This document shows positions 25,209 to 34,219 of a stretch of DNA of 64,000 nt, piece by piece. This stretch comes from a virus (lineage: Duplodnaviria; Caudoviricetes). The notes beneath the pieces were generated by a model. That model was not told the DNA's origin, searched no databases, and saw nothing but the letters and a program-made list of their open reading frames with translations. The DNA is taken from positions 26,634 through 90,633 of the IMG/VR virus record IMGVR_UViG_2772190736_000001; one strand, given 5' to 3'. A program made the translations under genes and the position numbers. Position 1 is the first letter of the stretch. Each line of letters opens with the position of its first letter.

Positions 25209-26100
25209 GGGCTCGCTCCAGAGCCTTGCGGTACTTGCGGAGCCGGTTGTTCTGGTACCAGTCGAAGCGCCGGATGGTGAAGGAGTCTCTCCACCCGGCG
25301 ATCCTGCTGTGTACGAGCTGCATGCGCGGATCGAGGAGCCGGGTCTGGTCCTGATCGGGTCCGAAGGAGTTACCGAAGAGCGATGCGTCTCCGGCCTCGC
25401 GGAAGAACGCGGTGCCCACGAGGACAGTGTTGATGCGGGCAACCGACCGGAATGCCTTGTGCTCGGCATCGGTCATCCCCTTCTCCACGTTGATCGGGGG
25501 CATGGGTTCGTAGCCGATGTCGTTGACGCCGACGTACCAGGTCCGGTAGCCGCCCGGGTTGCCGAAGTAGAAGGACTCGATGTAGGTGAAGCGACGGGCC
25601 CCAATCCAGGGCCAAAAGTCGTCTGGCTCCGGCATCGCACCAATGCGGGTTTTACCGAGTTTCACCAGGGTGTTTCCGACGAGAAGTCGGGGGCGGAACC
25701 ACCGGCTGGTGGTGGTGATGCCGTAGATCTCAACAGTGCTCTCGGTCGACCAGGTGACCAGATAGCCGAACCGACCGAGCTTCCACGTCCGCTTGGTGAG
25801 TTCTACCTCCAGGTCCTTGTCGGGCACCGGGTTCTCGGGCTGGTACCGGTGGACCGTGCACGGGGAGACCCACGTCGGCTCGCCAAAGAGCTCCTGCATG
25901 TAGTCCGGGCTGACCCAGGGGGCGACCTTCCGGACCCGAGATATGACGTGGCGGCGTCGTCCGAGGGTGCTGCGCCAACCGGCCGCCGCCGTCTTCATCA
26001 GGGTGAGGGTGGCAACGATGGTGGCGGCAAGGGTCCACACGTTCAAGGTGGTGCTGTACCAAGGCTGATCAGCTACGGGCATGGCGGAAGCATGCAACAC
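25186..26100 (-). CDS. Moron: membrane-anchored hypothetical protein (possibly ETEC_3214-like)
   Basis: N-terminal TM helix, YIESFYFGNPGGY...GVNDIG motif, lower GC. Confidence 0.65.
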   Translation of the reverse strand: MLHASAMPVADQPWYSTTLNVWTLAATIVATLTLMKTAAAGWRSTLGRRRHVISRVRKVAPWVSPDYMQELFGEPTWVSPCTVHRYQPENPVPDKDLEVELTKRTWKLGRFGYLVTWSTESTVEIYGITTTSRWFRPRLLVGNTLVKLGKTRIGAMPEPDDFWPWIGARRFTYIESFYFGNPGGYRTWYVGVNDIGYEPMPPINVEKGMTDAEHKAFRSVARINTVLVGTAFFREAGDASLFGNSFGPDQDQTRLLDPRMQLVHSRIAGWRDSFTIRRFDWYQNNRLRKYRKALERARGSASGV

Positions 26101-26337
26101 AGCGCGGCTGCGCGGTACGGCATTTGACAGGGCTCATCGGCTCTACGCTCCCGAAGCTGCCACGAAGTGACAAGTAGCTCTCTGTAATCGCGCTTGACCT
26201 GCGGTGATGCTGTGGTACCTGGTGCCGACTTCACGGCGAAGGCAACACGCTGACATCGGATCAGCGCGTTGACCTGCAAGGTTCTCGAAGCTCCGGATTC
26301 GTGAACTCACCGCATGGCCCGGTACTCCCGAAGGTGT

Positions 26338-26368
26338 CGCCCGCCCCGTGTGTTGCCCGGGGCGGGCG
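26338..26368 (-). terminator. Stem-loop after PKS
   Basis: CGCCCGCCCCG-N9-CGGGGCGGGCG. Confidence 0.6.
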
Positions 26369-26386
26369 CGGCTGCTCGGTGGACCT

Positions 26387-27460
26387 TCAGGTGGTGTGCC
26401 AGGTGCCGCGGAGGGCGGCGGTGGTGAATCCGGGGCCGTAGGCGACGACCACGCCGGCGGCGCCATCCTCGGGCGGGTCGGCGTAGGTGCGCTCGAGGAC
26501 GCGGAGGATCGATACGCCGCCGAGGTTGCCTTCTTCGGTGAGGGTGGCGGTGGAGTGGCGGGTGTCGACGTCGTCGAGGCCGAGGGCGCGTGCGGTGTCG
26601 GTGATGATGCGGGGGCTGCCGGGATGGATCGCGGCCCAGTCGACGCTCTGGTCGGGGCCGATCCAGTCGAGGACGGTGGGCAGGACGTCGTCGGCGGCGG
26701 TGAGGGCTTCCTTCGTGGAGTCGAAGTGGAAGCCGTCGGTTCCGATGCGGCCGCTGTAGCGGTCGACGCTGCCGGGCAGGACGTATTCGAGGGTGTCGTC
26801 GGGGCCGGCGATGTGGAGGCCGGGGCCGAGGGGCTGGTCGGAGACGATGCAGGCGGCGGCGGAGTCGCCGAACAGAGCCTTGTAGATCATCGCCTCGATC
26901 GAGGTGTCGTTGTGGTTGTAGACGCTCGAGATGATCTCGGCGGCGATGACGAGGACCTTGGAGCCGGGTCGGGCGGCGATGAGGTCGACGGCGCGGGTGA
27001 GGGCCTGGGTGCCGCCGGCGCAGGCCATGGTGGTCAGGGCGATCCGGCGGACGGTCGGTCTGAGGCCGAGGGCGGCTATGAGGTGGATGTCGAGGTTGGG
27101 GACGGACCAGCCGGTGGAGTGGGTGGTGATGATCGCGTCGATGTCCGGATAGCTGCCGGGGTCGGGTCCGGGCGTGAGGCCGGCGGCGGCAAGGGCCTGC
27201 TGGGCGGCGTTGGTGGCCAGGGCCAGGGCGTCGGTGAAGGCGGCGGTGGAGCGTTCCTCGATGGTGGCGTCGCCGGACACGGTGGCGGCGGTGAGCGGCC
27301 GGCTGAAGTAGCGGGTCTGCACGCCGAGGTTCCCGATGACGCGGGGTATGACGCGCAGCTGCGGGTGGTCGGGGTGGCGGCCGGCGATGTCGTCGATGAT
27401 TTCGCTGGTCGTCACCTTGTGGGTGGGCAGGGTTGTGATGGGGCGGGAGATGTAGGGCAC
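26387..27460 (-). CDS. Type III polyketide synthase (RppA/PhlD-like)
   Basis: Intact triad: MACAGG (Cys), AIHPGS (His), EGNLGG (Asn); ALFGDS, YGPGF; GGAGG RBS before GTG 27460. Confidence 0.93.
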   Translation of the reverse strand: MPYISRPITTLPTHKVTTSEIIDDIAGRHPDHPQLRVIPRVIGNLGVQTRYFSRPLTAATVSGDATIEERSTAAFTDALALATNAAQQALAAAGLTPGPDPGSYPDIDAIITTHSTGWSVPNLDIHLIAALGLRPTVRRIALTTMACAGGTQALTRAVDLIAARPGSKVLVIAAEIISSVYNHNDTSIEAMIYKALFGDSAAACIVSDQPLGPGLHIAGPDDTLEYVLPGSVDRYSGRIGTDGFHFDSTKEALTAADDVLPTVLDWIGPDQSVDWAAIHPGSPRIITDTARALGLDDVDTRHSTATLTEEGNLGGVSILRVLERTYADPPEDGAAGVVVAYGPGFTTAALRGTWHTT

Positions 27461-27509
27461 GTGGTCCTCCGGCACGGTGGCGGTCGTCGTGGGGGTGCGG
27501 AGTGGGGGT

Positions 27510-27550
27510 GCGGTCAACGTACACACATGCGGCGGAGTTGGTCCCCCCTG
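27510..27550 (-). promoter_or_regulatory. Late-type promoter upstream of PKS
   Basis: CAGGGGGGA-N20-TACGTT-GAC, same spacing as structural-gene promoters. Confidence 0.6.
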
Positions 27551-27559
27551 ACCTGCGGC

Positions 27560-28396
27560 TCAGGTGGTCCGGCGGGCGCGGAGCATGGGCAGTCTGGTGT
27601 GCTGCTTCTTCTGCCCGGGGTGGTAGATGAGGACGATCAGACGAGCTCCTGGGGCGCCGAGGGGCATGGCTGCGCACATGGTGACGTGCCCGGGGCCTTG
27701 GAGGGCGTGGTGTATGGGGCGTTCGTCGCCGTCGGGGTGGATGTGGGCGCCGCCGGATTCCCAGAGGGGTGCGAGATCGGGGTCGGCGCGGGCGTCTTCC
27801 GCGATTTTGAGGAGGGTTTCGTCTTCGGGGCGGAGGGCGAGCGCGGCGCGGAGCTGGGGCAGGACGAGGGGGGCCCAGACTGCTTTCCAGTCGGTGAGCA
27901 TGGTGCGGCCGCGGGGGTCGAGGAGCATCCAGCGCATCGTGTTGGCGGGGACGTGGCTGTCGGGGAAGAGGTCGGCGAAGGCGGCGTTGTGGGCTATGAG
28001 GTTCCAGGAGGCGTCGTTGACGTAGGCGGGGTGGGCGATGCCGTCGACGGCTTCCTGCCAGACGCCGGGGATCTCGAGGCCGGAGGACGGGTTGAGGGGG
28101 TAGGGCGGGTCACCGATGCCGGCGTACCTGCACAGGCAGCCCCACTCCTGCTCGTTGAGGCCGAAGAGGCGGCCGACCTGCTCGAGGTAGTCGACCGGGG
28201 GGTTGGGGTAGCGGCCCGATTCGAGGCGGTAGTACGTGTTGGCGGCGCGGCCGGTGAGTTCGTCGACCTGCTGCTGAGAGAGGCCGGCGGCGCGGCGGCC
28301 TTGACGGCTGGGCCGGGTGAGGCCGTGGTCTTCCGGTTCGATGAGATCGCGGCGCTCGGAGAGGAGCGCCTTGAGGGCCTTGCGGTTCATCTTCAT
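27560..28396 (-). CDS. MmyB/MltR-family regulator (XRE HTH plus PAS-like ligand-binding domain)
   Basis: RR..I.P...GL....GRR..GLSQQQV, YYRLESGR, PAYV.D..WN..AHN, N..RW...DP motifs. Confidence 0.9.
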   Translation of the reverse strand: MKMNRKALKALLSERRDLIEPEDHGLTRPSRQGRRAAGLSQQQVDELTGRAANTYYRLESGRYPNPPVDYLEQVGRLFGLNEQEWGCLCRYAGIGDPPYPLNPSSGLEIPGVWQEAVDGIAHPAYVNDASWNLIAHNAAFADLFPDSHVPANTMRWMLLDPRGRTMLTDWKAVWAPLVLPQLRAALALRPEDETLLKIAEDARADPDLAPLWESGGAHIHPDGDERPIHHALQGPGHVTMCAAMPLGAPGARLIVLIYHPGQKKQHTRLPMLRARRTT

Positions 28397-28442
28397 CGTT
28401 GCCTTTCCCCCGTGTACCGTGCACGCGTGCCCTGGGAGTGTA

Positions 28443-28469
28443 TTTATTGGTGCGCCGTTTCGTAATAAA
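28443..28469. promoter_or_regulatory. AT-rich inverted repeat, candidate operator
   Basis: TTTATT-N15-AATAAA upstream of the MmyB-like gene. Confidence 0.4.
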
Positions 28470-28895
28470 AACTGCGCGTGGATTTCTGTCGGTTGAACGG
28501 TGAAGCTGTGCCCTGTGGGCGCGCTGACCTGCCGGGAAGCGGGGTAGGGCGGCCACACTGCAACACCCCAGGACGGTCCTGCGAGCGGCGGATACGCAAT
28601 CCGTCAAATCGCCTTGTGGGAAAGTCCTGTTGCCCTCGTCGGGCTCCGGCAGGGGCGTTGCCGGACGGTGCTGTATTCCGTGCTTCGGTGCGGATTTCGC
28701 AGCTCGGCACCGTTCCGGTTCGCCTTGCCGGGGCTTTGAGGGCCCCTAGAGCTACGGTCGGCGTCGACAATCGCCCCGATGCCGCGTCCTCGGTGCCGAC
28801 CGTGAAGTACGGGTCAGGTGGCGCTTCCCCCGGCGCCCTCTGGCCAGCCGAGAAGGCCCCGGACGGTCACTCCACCCCCGTTCGGGGCCTTCGGT

Positions 28896-29228
28896 CTACC
28901 CGCCTTCGGATTCCGTGTCGTCGTCGACGAGCGCGTGCTCGGCGTGCGGGTAGCCGCAGGCGCCGGCGCCGAAGTAGCGGGCCTGGCACGGTCCGGGGCC
29001 TTCGTAGGTGTGGTGGGTGATCAGCCGGTGCTGGCCCTCCTCCTTCCGGACCGCGGCCATCACGTCCTTGGCGAGCGTCTCCGCCCATCCCCCGGGGACC
29101 ATGGGCTGACCGGCTGGCCAGGTCAGCTTCTGCACCTGCTCGAGGACGGCCCTGTACCGAGGGTCCTTGCGGGCGTCGGCTCGGGCTCCGGGGTTGAAGT
29201 CGGTGAGGGCGGGTTCTGCGTCGGCCAC
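28896..29228 (-). CDS. Hypothetical phage protein
   Basis: 110 aa, AGGAGG RBS, C-terminal H/C cluster. Confidence 0.65.
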   Translation of the reverse strand: MADAEPALTDFNPGARADARKDPRYRAVLEQVQKLTWPAGQPMVPGGWAETLAKDVMAAVRKEEGQHRLITHHTYEGPGPCQARYFGAGACGYPHAEHALVDDDTESEGG

Positions 29229-29362
29229 AGGGCCTCCTGGTCGTAGGGCGGGCAGGTCCAGTCGAGGGCGATGGCGATCTGGCCATCGAGCGGGGCCGGC
29301 GTCGGGGCGGTGAGCTGCTGCTCCAGGGCGCCGAGGCGGGCGCGGGTCTCAGGCGTCGTCAC
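29123..29362 (-). CDS. Hypothetical phage protein
   Basis: GAGGA RBS; PLDGQ motif; 3' end overlaps next gene. Confidence 0.45.
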   Translation of the reverse strand: MTTPETRARLGALEQQLTAPTPAPLDGQIAIALDWTCPPYDQEALWPTQNPPSPTSTPEPEPTPARTLGTGPSSSRCRS

Positions 29363-29371
29363 CTGCTGTCC

Positions 29372-30064
29372 TCAGATCAGGGCGAGGGCGGACCGCTGAA
29401 CGGTTTCCCCATGGGAGGCGATCAGGCGGAGCTTCGGGAACGACTTGACCGGCTCCTGCCCGGGAACAGCGGGCCACTCGTCGGCGGACAGTCCGTACCC
29501 CGGCGGTCCCCAGCCTGAGTCGAACAGGATGTGCTTCGCGGCCTTCCGGTACTTCGGCTCCCAGTCCCAGGTGAAGAACAGCGGCAGGAGACCGCCGCGG
29601 TTCGGAATGGGTTCCGGTGCCACGGTGCAGCTGTGCCTGGCGCGCTTGTAGATCGGCGTGGCGTACTCGCGGCAGCGTTGGCGGTTGCAGAAGCCCCAGT
29701 GTCGAGACCAGCCGGTGACCGGGTCCCGTTCGCTGAAGCCGTGGACGGTGTTGCGTCCGCAGAGCCGGTCGACGCGGACCATGGGGGCCTGGCATCCGTT
29801 CGGGGTCTGGTCGTGGAGCTTGGAGTCGTAGCGGGGGACGTCGTCGGCGAGGTGGCGCCACATCTGCTCGTTGGTGGCGTTGAGGACTTCGCGGGTGCGG
29901 GTCCAGGTGGTGATCGTGGGGTCGTGGCGGCGGAGGTCCCGGAGACCGACCCAGCCGAGGGCGAGGATGAGGTCGCGGGTGCCGGTGGGCATGCGGCGCT
30001 CGGTGTAGACGCGAGCGAGGAGCTGGTCGTAGCGGGCGAGCGCGTTCTTGTCGTCGATGCTCAC
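29372..30064 (-). CDS. Hypothetical Cys-containing phage protein
   Basis: 230 aa, GAGG RBS, several Cys pairs. Confidence 0.7.
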   Translation of the reverse strand: MSIDDKNALARYDQLLARVYTERRMPTGTRDLILALGWVGLRDLRRHDPTITTWTRTREVLNATNEQMWRHLADDVPRYDSKLHDQTPNGCQAPMVRVDRLCGRNTVHGFSERDPVTGWSRHWGFCNRQRCREYATPIYKRARHSCTVAPEPIPNRGGLLPLFFTWDWEPKYRKAAKHILFDSGWGPPGYGLSADEWPAVPGQEPVKSFPKLRLIASHGETVQRSALALI

Positions 30065-30065
30065 C

Positions 30066-30374
30066 TCAGTCCTCCTCTCCGGTCTTCTTCTGCCGGTGCA
30101 GGGGCCAGGCGGAGGCTCCGCGGAGGCGGTCGGCGTCGATGTCGATGACGCCGAGTTCCAGGAGGTGGAGAAGGGCTTCGTGGACGGCGCCGTCGATGGC
30201 GGTCATGAGAGGCATGGGGTTCTTCAGCGGGCCGTCGGGGCTGTTGCAGGCCCAGGCCATCGCGGCGGAGCCGGCGACCCGGTTGATGATGGCGAAGTCG
30301 CTGCCTTTGCCGGTGTCGACCGGGATGCGGCCCCAGTCGTTGAGGCCGGTGGGAGTCGGGGGCTTGGTCGTCAT
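30066..30374 (-). CDS. Hypothetical phage protein
   Basis: 102 aa, GGAGAGG RBS. Confidence 0.7.
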   Translation of the reverse strand: MTTKPPTPTGLNDWGRIPVDTGKGSDFAIINRVAGSAAMAWACNSPDGPLKNPMPLMTAIDGAVHEALLHLLELGVIDIDADRLRGASAWPLHRQKKTGEED

Positions 30375-30376
30375 GG

Positions 30377-31084
30377 TCAGTCCTCTCCGTCGACAGTGCG
30401 GGCGGCAGCGGCTTCGGTTTCGCCGTTCGGGCCGACCTGGGCGAGTGCGGTGCGGTGCTTCCGGATGATGCGGACGATCTCGGACGACCAGCCGTGCTTG
30501 GTGGCGGTGTCGTCGAGGGCGGCGGGACAGTCGCCGTCGTGGTCGTGGTGCTGTTCGCAGTCCCAGCCGATGAGGAGGGCGTACAGGCGGGCGTCGGTGG
30601 GGTCCTGGGCCCAGTCCCGTTTGCCGTGCTTGATGTGGAGGCGGAGGGACAGCAGGGCGTTGCGGACGCCCGCCGTGAGGGTGGCGCCAGCGTTGAGAAG
30701 GGCGTTCTGGTCCTGCCAGGCCTGGTAGAAGGAGCGACCGACCTCACGGCACTCGGCGTACTGGTCCTCGGCGTCCCAGAGCCTGTCGTACAGCTCGGCC
30801 AGGGTGGCGTCGGTGTGCTCGGCGAGCGGGACGCGAGGGTCCGGCTCGGCGGGCGGGGGCGGTTCCATGTCGGGAAGGGTGCTCGCCGTCTTCAGCTGGC
30901 TGTACTTGGCGTGCCACCGCTTGGCGCGGTGCTTGTACGTATCGCGGTCGGCGATGGCACTCTCTCGGTCGACCTGCAGCTGGTGAAGGGCTTCCGGGGT
31001 GATGGTGTCCATCGTGTACCGGGACTCTTCGGGGCCGAGGAGCTGCGCTTCATCTGTGCCTGAGGCTGGGGAAGGACTGGTCAC
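30377..31084 (-). CDS. Hypothetical phage protein
   Basis: GTG coupled to upstream stop; RDW...DA.LY...IGWDC motif. Confidence 0.7.
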   Translation of the reverse strand: MTSPSPASGTDEAQLLGPEESRYTMDTITPEALHQLQVDRESAIADRDTYKHRAKRWHAKYSQLKTASTLPDMEPPPPAEPDPRVPLAEHTDATLAELYDRLWDAEDQYAECREVGRSFYQAWQDQNALLNAGATLTAGVRNALLSLRLHIKHGKRDWAQDPTDARLYALLIGWDCEQHHDHDGDCPAALDDTATKHGWSSEIVRIIRKHRTALAQVGPNGETEAAAARTVDGED

Positions 31085-31428
31085 TGTCCCCCGCTTTCGT
31101 TGACGTTCTTTCGGTAGGCGATGAGCGCTGATGCGAGGGCGGACTGGTGGATGTCGGAGAACATGACCGCTGCGTGCTCGCCAAAGGCGTTCCGGGCGTC
31201 CTGGAGGGTGACCATGTAGGCGCCCCATGCCTTCTCGAAGGAGTCGTTCTCGCGTTCGTCCTGGATGGCGGCGCGGTGCTCGGGGGTGAGCAGGGCGCGA
31301 CACCCGGCGCAGGGGACGCCCTTTTCGTGGCCGGGCGTGCGGCAGGGACGGGTTCCATCGGGCTGGAGGTCGTGGTCTTCGACGGGGTGGGAGCATGCCC
31401 AGCAGTGGGTGGGGGCTTGGTCGGTCAC
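31081..31428 (-). CDS. Hypothetical Zn-finger-like phage protein
   Basis: GTG 31428, GAGGAG RBS, CxxCxH...C...CxxC. Confidence 0.65.
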   Translation of the reverse strand: MTDQAPTHCWACSHPVEDHDLQPDGTRPCRTPGHEKGVPCAGCRALLTPEHRAAIQDERENDSFEKAWGAYMVTLQDARNAFGEHAAVMFSDIHQSALASALIAYRKNVNESGGQ

Positions 31429-31722
31429 GGCATCGGCTCCTCGGGGCTTGGGGTGATACGGCGGATGCGGAGGGGCGGTCCCAGCGGCGGAGGCGGGTCG
31501 TTGCGGTGCTTCCACGCCTTGAGGGTGCGTACGGGGTGGACAGCGAGAAGGGCGGCGATCTCAACGGCCAACACGGGTTGCGCGGCCCACCAGCGCCAGT
31601 CCCGGCGGGTGATGCGTCGTCCGTACGTCAGCCAGTGGGCCCAGTCGGAGGCGCGGTGGCCGAGGCGGACCCGGCCGAGGGCGTAGCCGACGGCCAGAGA
31701 AGTCAGGATGATGGCCGTCGTC
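31425..31722 (-). pseudogene. Start-less membrane-protein reading frame (...AIILTSLAVGYALGR...)
   Basis: Protein-like frame coupled to next gene at its stop, no nearby start codon. Confidence 0.45.
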
Positions 31723-31962
31723 GCTGGAGTAGGCGGGGAGGTGATGCTGGCAGGTCTTGCAGGCGCGGACGGCGGGGTTCTTCCAGCAGCGTCCGATGTG
31801 CGCGATGGCGGCGGTCTTCTTGCTGCGGGACTGCCGGCAGTGGGGGCACTGGTACCGGGTGACCTGGATGACGAGGGGGTCCTCGGCGGGGATGGGCGGT
31901 GTGACCGGCGCCGGGTCGGGGTTGGGGGTGTTCCAGGGCAGGAGGTCGAGGTCGGTCGTCAT
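31561..31962 (-). CDS. Zn-finger phage protein, probably 3'-truncated
   Basis: CPHC..H...C...CKTC, then non-protein-like read-through. Confidence 0.55.
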   Translation of the reverse strand: MTTDLDLLPWNTPNPDPAPVTPPIPAEDPLVIQVTRYQCPHCRQSRSKKTAAIAHIGRCWKNPAVRACKTCQHHLPAYSSDDGHHPDFSGRRLRPRPGPPRPPRLRLGPLADVRTTHHPPGLALVGRATRVGR

Positions 31963-32348
31963 CGGCGCGGCTCCTGGGCGGGAATGTAGCCGAGGCGGCT
32001 GGCGGCGTTGAGGGCTGCGTCGGCGATGGTCTGGCAGTCGTCGAGGGAGTGCCAGCACTTGAGGGCGTTCAGGGTGGTGCTGACGGCGTTGGTGGCGAGG
32101 GCGCGCTGTTCTTCGCTGTGGGTGGTCTGGTCGTCCCAGATGAGTTCGGTGGCGCCGTTGTGGCCGTGGATGGCGATGGCGTCGTCGAGGTTGTTCCAGG
32201 AGACGGTGGAGGGGCGTTCGCCACGCCAGCGGATGGCGACGGTGCCGTCGGGCCACTGGATGCCGTCGGCGATGCGGCCGCAGCCGGAGACGCCGGAGAT
32301 GTCGGTGTGGCGTTGGAGGTGGAAGCGGCGGGGTTCGGGGTCGGCCAT
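31959..32348 (-). CDS. Conserved actinophage small protein
   Basis: F.L.R..D.SGVSG.G..A.G..W.DG...RW...HGHNGAT motif; GGAGG RBS. Confidence 0.8.
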   Translation of the reverse strand: MADPEPRRFHLQRHTDISGVSGCGRIADGIQWPDGTVAIRWRGERPSTVSWNNLDDAIAIHGHNGATELIWDDQTTHSEEQRALATNAVSTTLNALKCWHSLDDCQTIADAALNAASRLGYIPAQEPRR

Positions 32349-32457
32349 GTGGCGTCTCCTCCGGGGAAGGGCGGGGTGGGTCAAGGGTCGCGCGGTTCGG
32401 CGCGGTTGATGCCCCTGCTCGGCTTGCCCTCGATTGGGGTGGCCGGTGTCCACACTC

Positions 32458-32495
32458 TACCCATACCTCATTGCGTACGCAATGGAATATGGGTA
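32458..32495. promoter_or_regulatory. 38-bp imperfect palindrome (operator-like), copy 1
   Basis: TACCCATA-CCT-CATTGCG-TA-CGCAATG-GAA-TATGGGTA. Confidence 0.7.
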
Positions 32496-32527
32496 CTTGG
32501 GGTGTCCCGTACGGCAGGATGACGCTC

Positions 32528-33130
32528 ATGGACCAGGGGTGGGCGGCTGTCATTGCCGCGGGGGTAGCAGCTGTCGTTGCAGTGGCCGCGAGTTTCATCG
32601 GTGTCTGGCTGGGCCGGCGCACCGTTCGCGACCAGGCGCAGGTCGAGCACGGGCAATGGCTCCGGAACCAGCGCCAGGAGGCCTACGTGCAGTGCCTCGA
32701 CACGTGGGACGGGGCGATGCGCGCCTTCGAGGCGCTCATCGATGAAGCCGAAGAGCGGAAGCGGCAGTACCGATGGGAGACCGACAATGTCGGCGGCAAC
32801 CCGTTCTTTGCCCAGGAGATCTTCGGCGTGGTGGAGGAGATCTCCGGCCCTGTGAATGAGGCCCTGGAACGCGTGCGGCTGCTCGGGCCGGATGCGGTGG
32901 AGAGGGCAGCGAAGAACCTGGAAGACGCCTTGAACGGCATCGGCGGCGCGGTCCGGGCTGGCACCAGTGAGGAGGATTGGGAGGAGTGGCCCAACCACGC
33001 CTTCTGGTACGAGGCGCGAAGAAACGCCACTGAGTGCCGCCGGAATTTCTTCGACGAGGCGCAGGCCGTTATCCGGACTGCGCCAGACACAGCACGGCGC
33101 TCGCTCTGGCGCTCGCGCTCTCCACGCTGA
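32528..33130 (+). CDS. Moron: N-terminal TM plus helical protein
   Basis: Probably leaderless after CAGGAT; TM WAAVIAAGV..., R.EAY motif. Confidence 0.75.
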   Translation: MDQGWAAVIAAGVAAVVAVAASFIGVWLGRRTVRDQAQVEHGQWLRNQRQEAYVQCLDTWDGAMRAFEALIDEAEERKRQYRWETDNVGGNPFFAQEIFGVVEEISGPVNEALERVRLLGPDAVERAAKNLEDALNGIGGAVRAGTSEEDWEEWPNHAFWYEARRNATECRRNFFDEAQAVIRTAPDTARRSLWRSRSPR

Positions 33131-33547
33131 CCAGACGCAAAGGGCCCCGAACGGGGGTGGACATGACGGATCTGTCGAATGGGAGCCTGCTGACCGGCCG
33201 GATTCCCGCAGTCCCTGTCAGCGGAACGCCCGCCCGGTGCAACGTGCGACGGCTTCCCGGGCGGGCCATGCCCTCATCCTCCGCTGGAGCGGCCACGGGC
33301 GCGCGTGGAGCGGTACTTCGGAAGCGAGAGACAGTCACGCATTGCGCCCCCGTACCGGGGATCAATCGGCACGGGGGCGCACAGGGGGTAGCGGGTCAAC
33401 GACCAGTCGGCCCGGCCTCCCGCAGAGCACGGTAGCTGCCTGTCGGCGGCGTCCAGGCGGCGTATCGGTTCGCCGCCGCCCTCACGGGCGACAGGAGCGT
33501 GCGGCTGGTGACGTGCTTGTTGACGACTGCTGTCTCGTAGGGCGGGG

Positions 33548-34129
33548 TCAGGCTGCGGGGGTGGTACGGGAGCGCGGGCGTTCGGTCGACAGGACCGCCC
33601 ACACCCGGCGGCCGTCCTCGGAAGCATCTGTGCCGCAGCTGGCGGTGCCAGGGACTGCGGCGAGGTCGGACAGGATCGTCTGGTCGGGTTCGCCGCCGGT
33701 GTGGCTGAGGACGACGACGAGCAGCATGCCGTCCTGGTCGGCGAGATGGACGCTGATCCGCCGGCCGTCGTCGGCGGTGGCCGCGCCGACGAGGATGCGC
33801 ACGGTCCGCTCGAGGACATCGTCGGTGGGGTGGGCGTACCCCCAGGCGCGGACGGTCTCGAGGACCTTCGTGACGGCCTGGGTCCCGGTCCATGGGTAGG
33901 CGGTCAGTGCCCAGTTCGCGGCGCGCCGGTCTCTGATGGCCATGCGCGGCCGGCGAGTCTCGAGGCGGGCCTGACGGGGCCCGGGGAGCGGGAGTGTCGA
34001 GGTGACGGGCTTGGTCGACGGCTGCGGCCGCGGGGCCTCGACGGGCTTCTTCTGCGGGGGCGGGGTGCGGGGCGGGTAGGTCGGCGGCACCTTCGGGCCC
34101 TTGTCGTTCATGGGCAGCGGATCGGTCAC
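33548..34129 (-). CDS. Hypothetical protein, degenerate HATPase/anti-sigma-like fold
   Basis: C-terminal SCGTD....GRRVWAVL resembles RsbW-like proteins; start uncertain. Confidence 0.55.
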   Translation of the reverse strand: MTDPLPMNDKGPKVPPTYPPRTPPPQKKPVEAPRPQPSTKPVTSTLPLPGPRQARLETRRPRMAIRDRRAANWALTAYPWTGTQAVTKVLETVRAWGYAHPTDDVLERTVRILVGAATADDGRRISVHLADQDGMLLVVVLSHTGGEPDQTILSDLAAVPGTASCGTDASEDGRRVWAVLSTERPRSRTTPAA

Positions 34130-34219
34130 GACAGCCTCCTTGCGCTCCCGACCATCCTGGCAGCCGCCACCGGCCCGTCGAGGCTGATTGCGCAGGTTCC
34201 CCCTGGCGTGCGCCGGTGG

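Noticed and set aside
28397-28558. N-terminal extension of the MmyB-like ORF containing tandem TTA codons (possible bldA control)
   Set aside because: The family-like sequence and RBS point to a start at 28396 or 28390; the TTA pair lies in the AT-rich upstream region.
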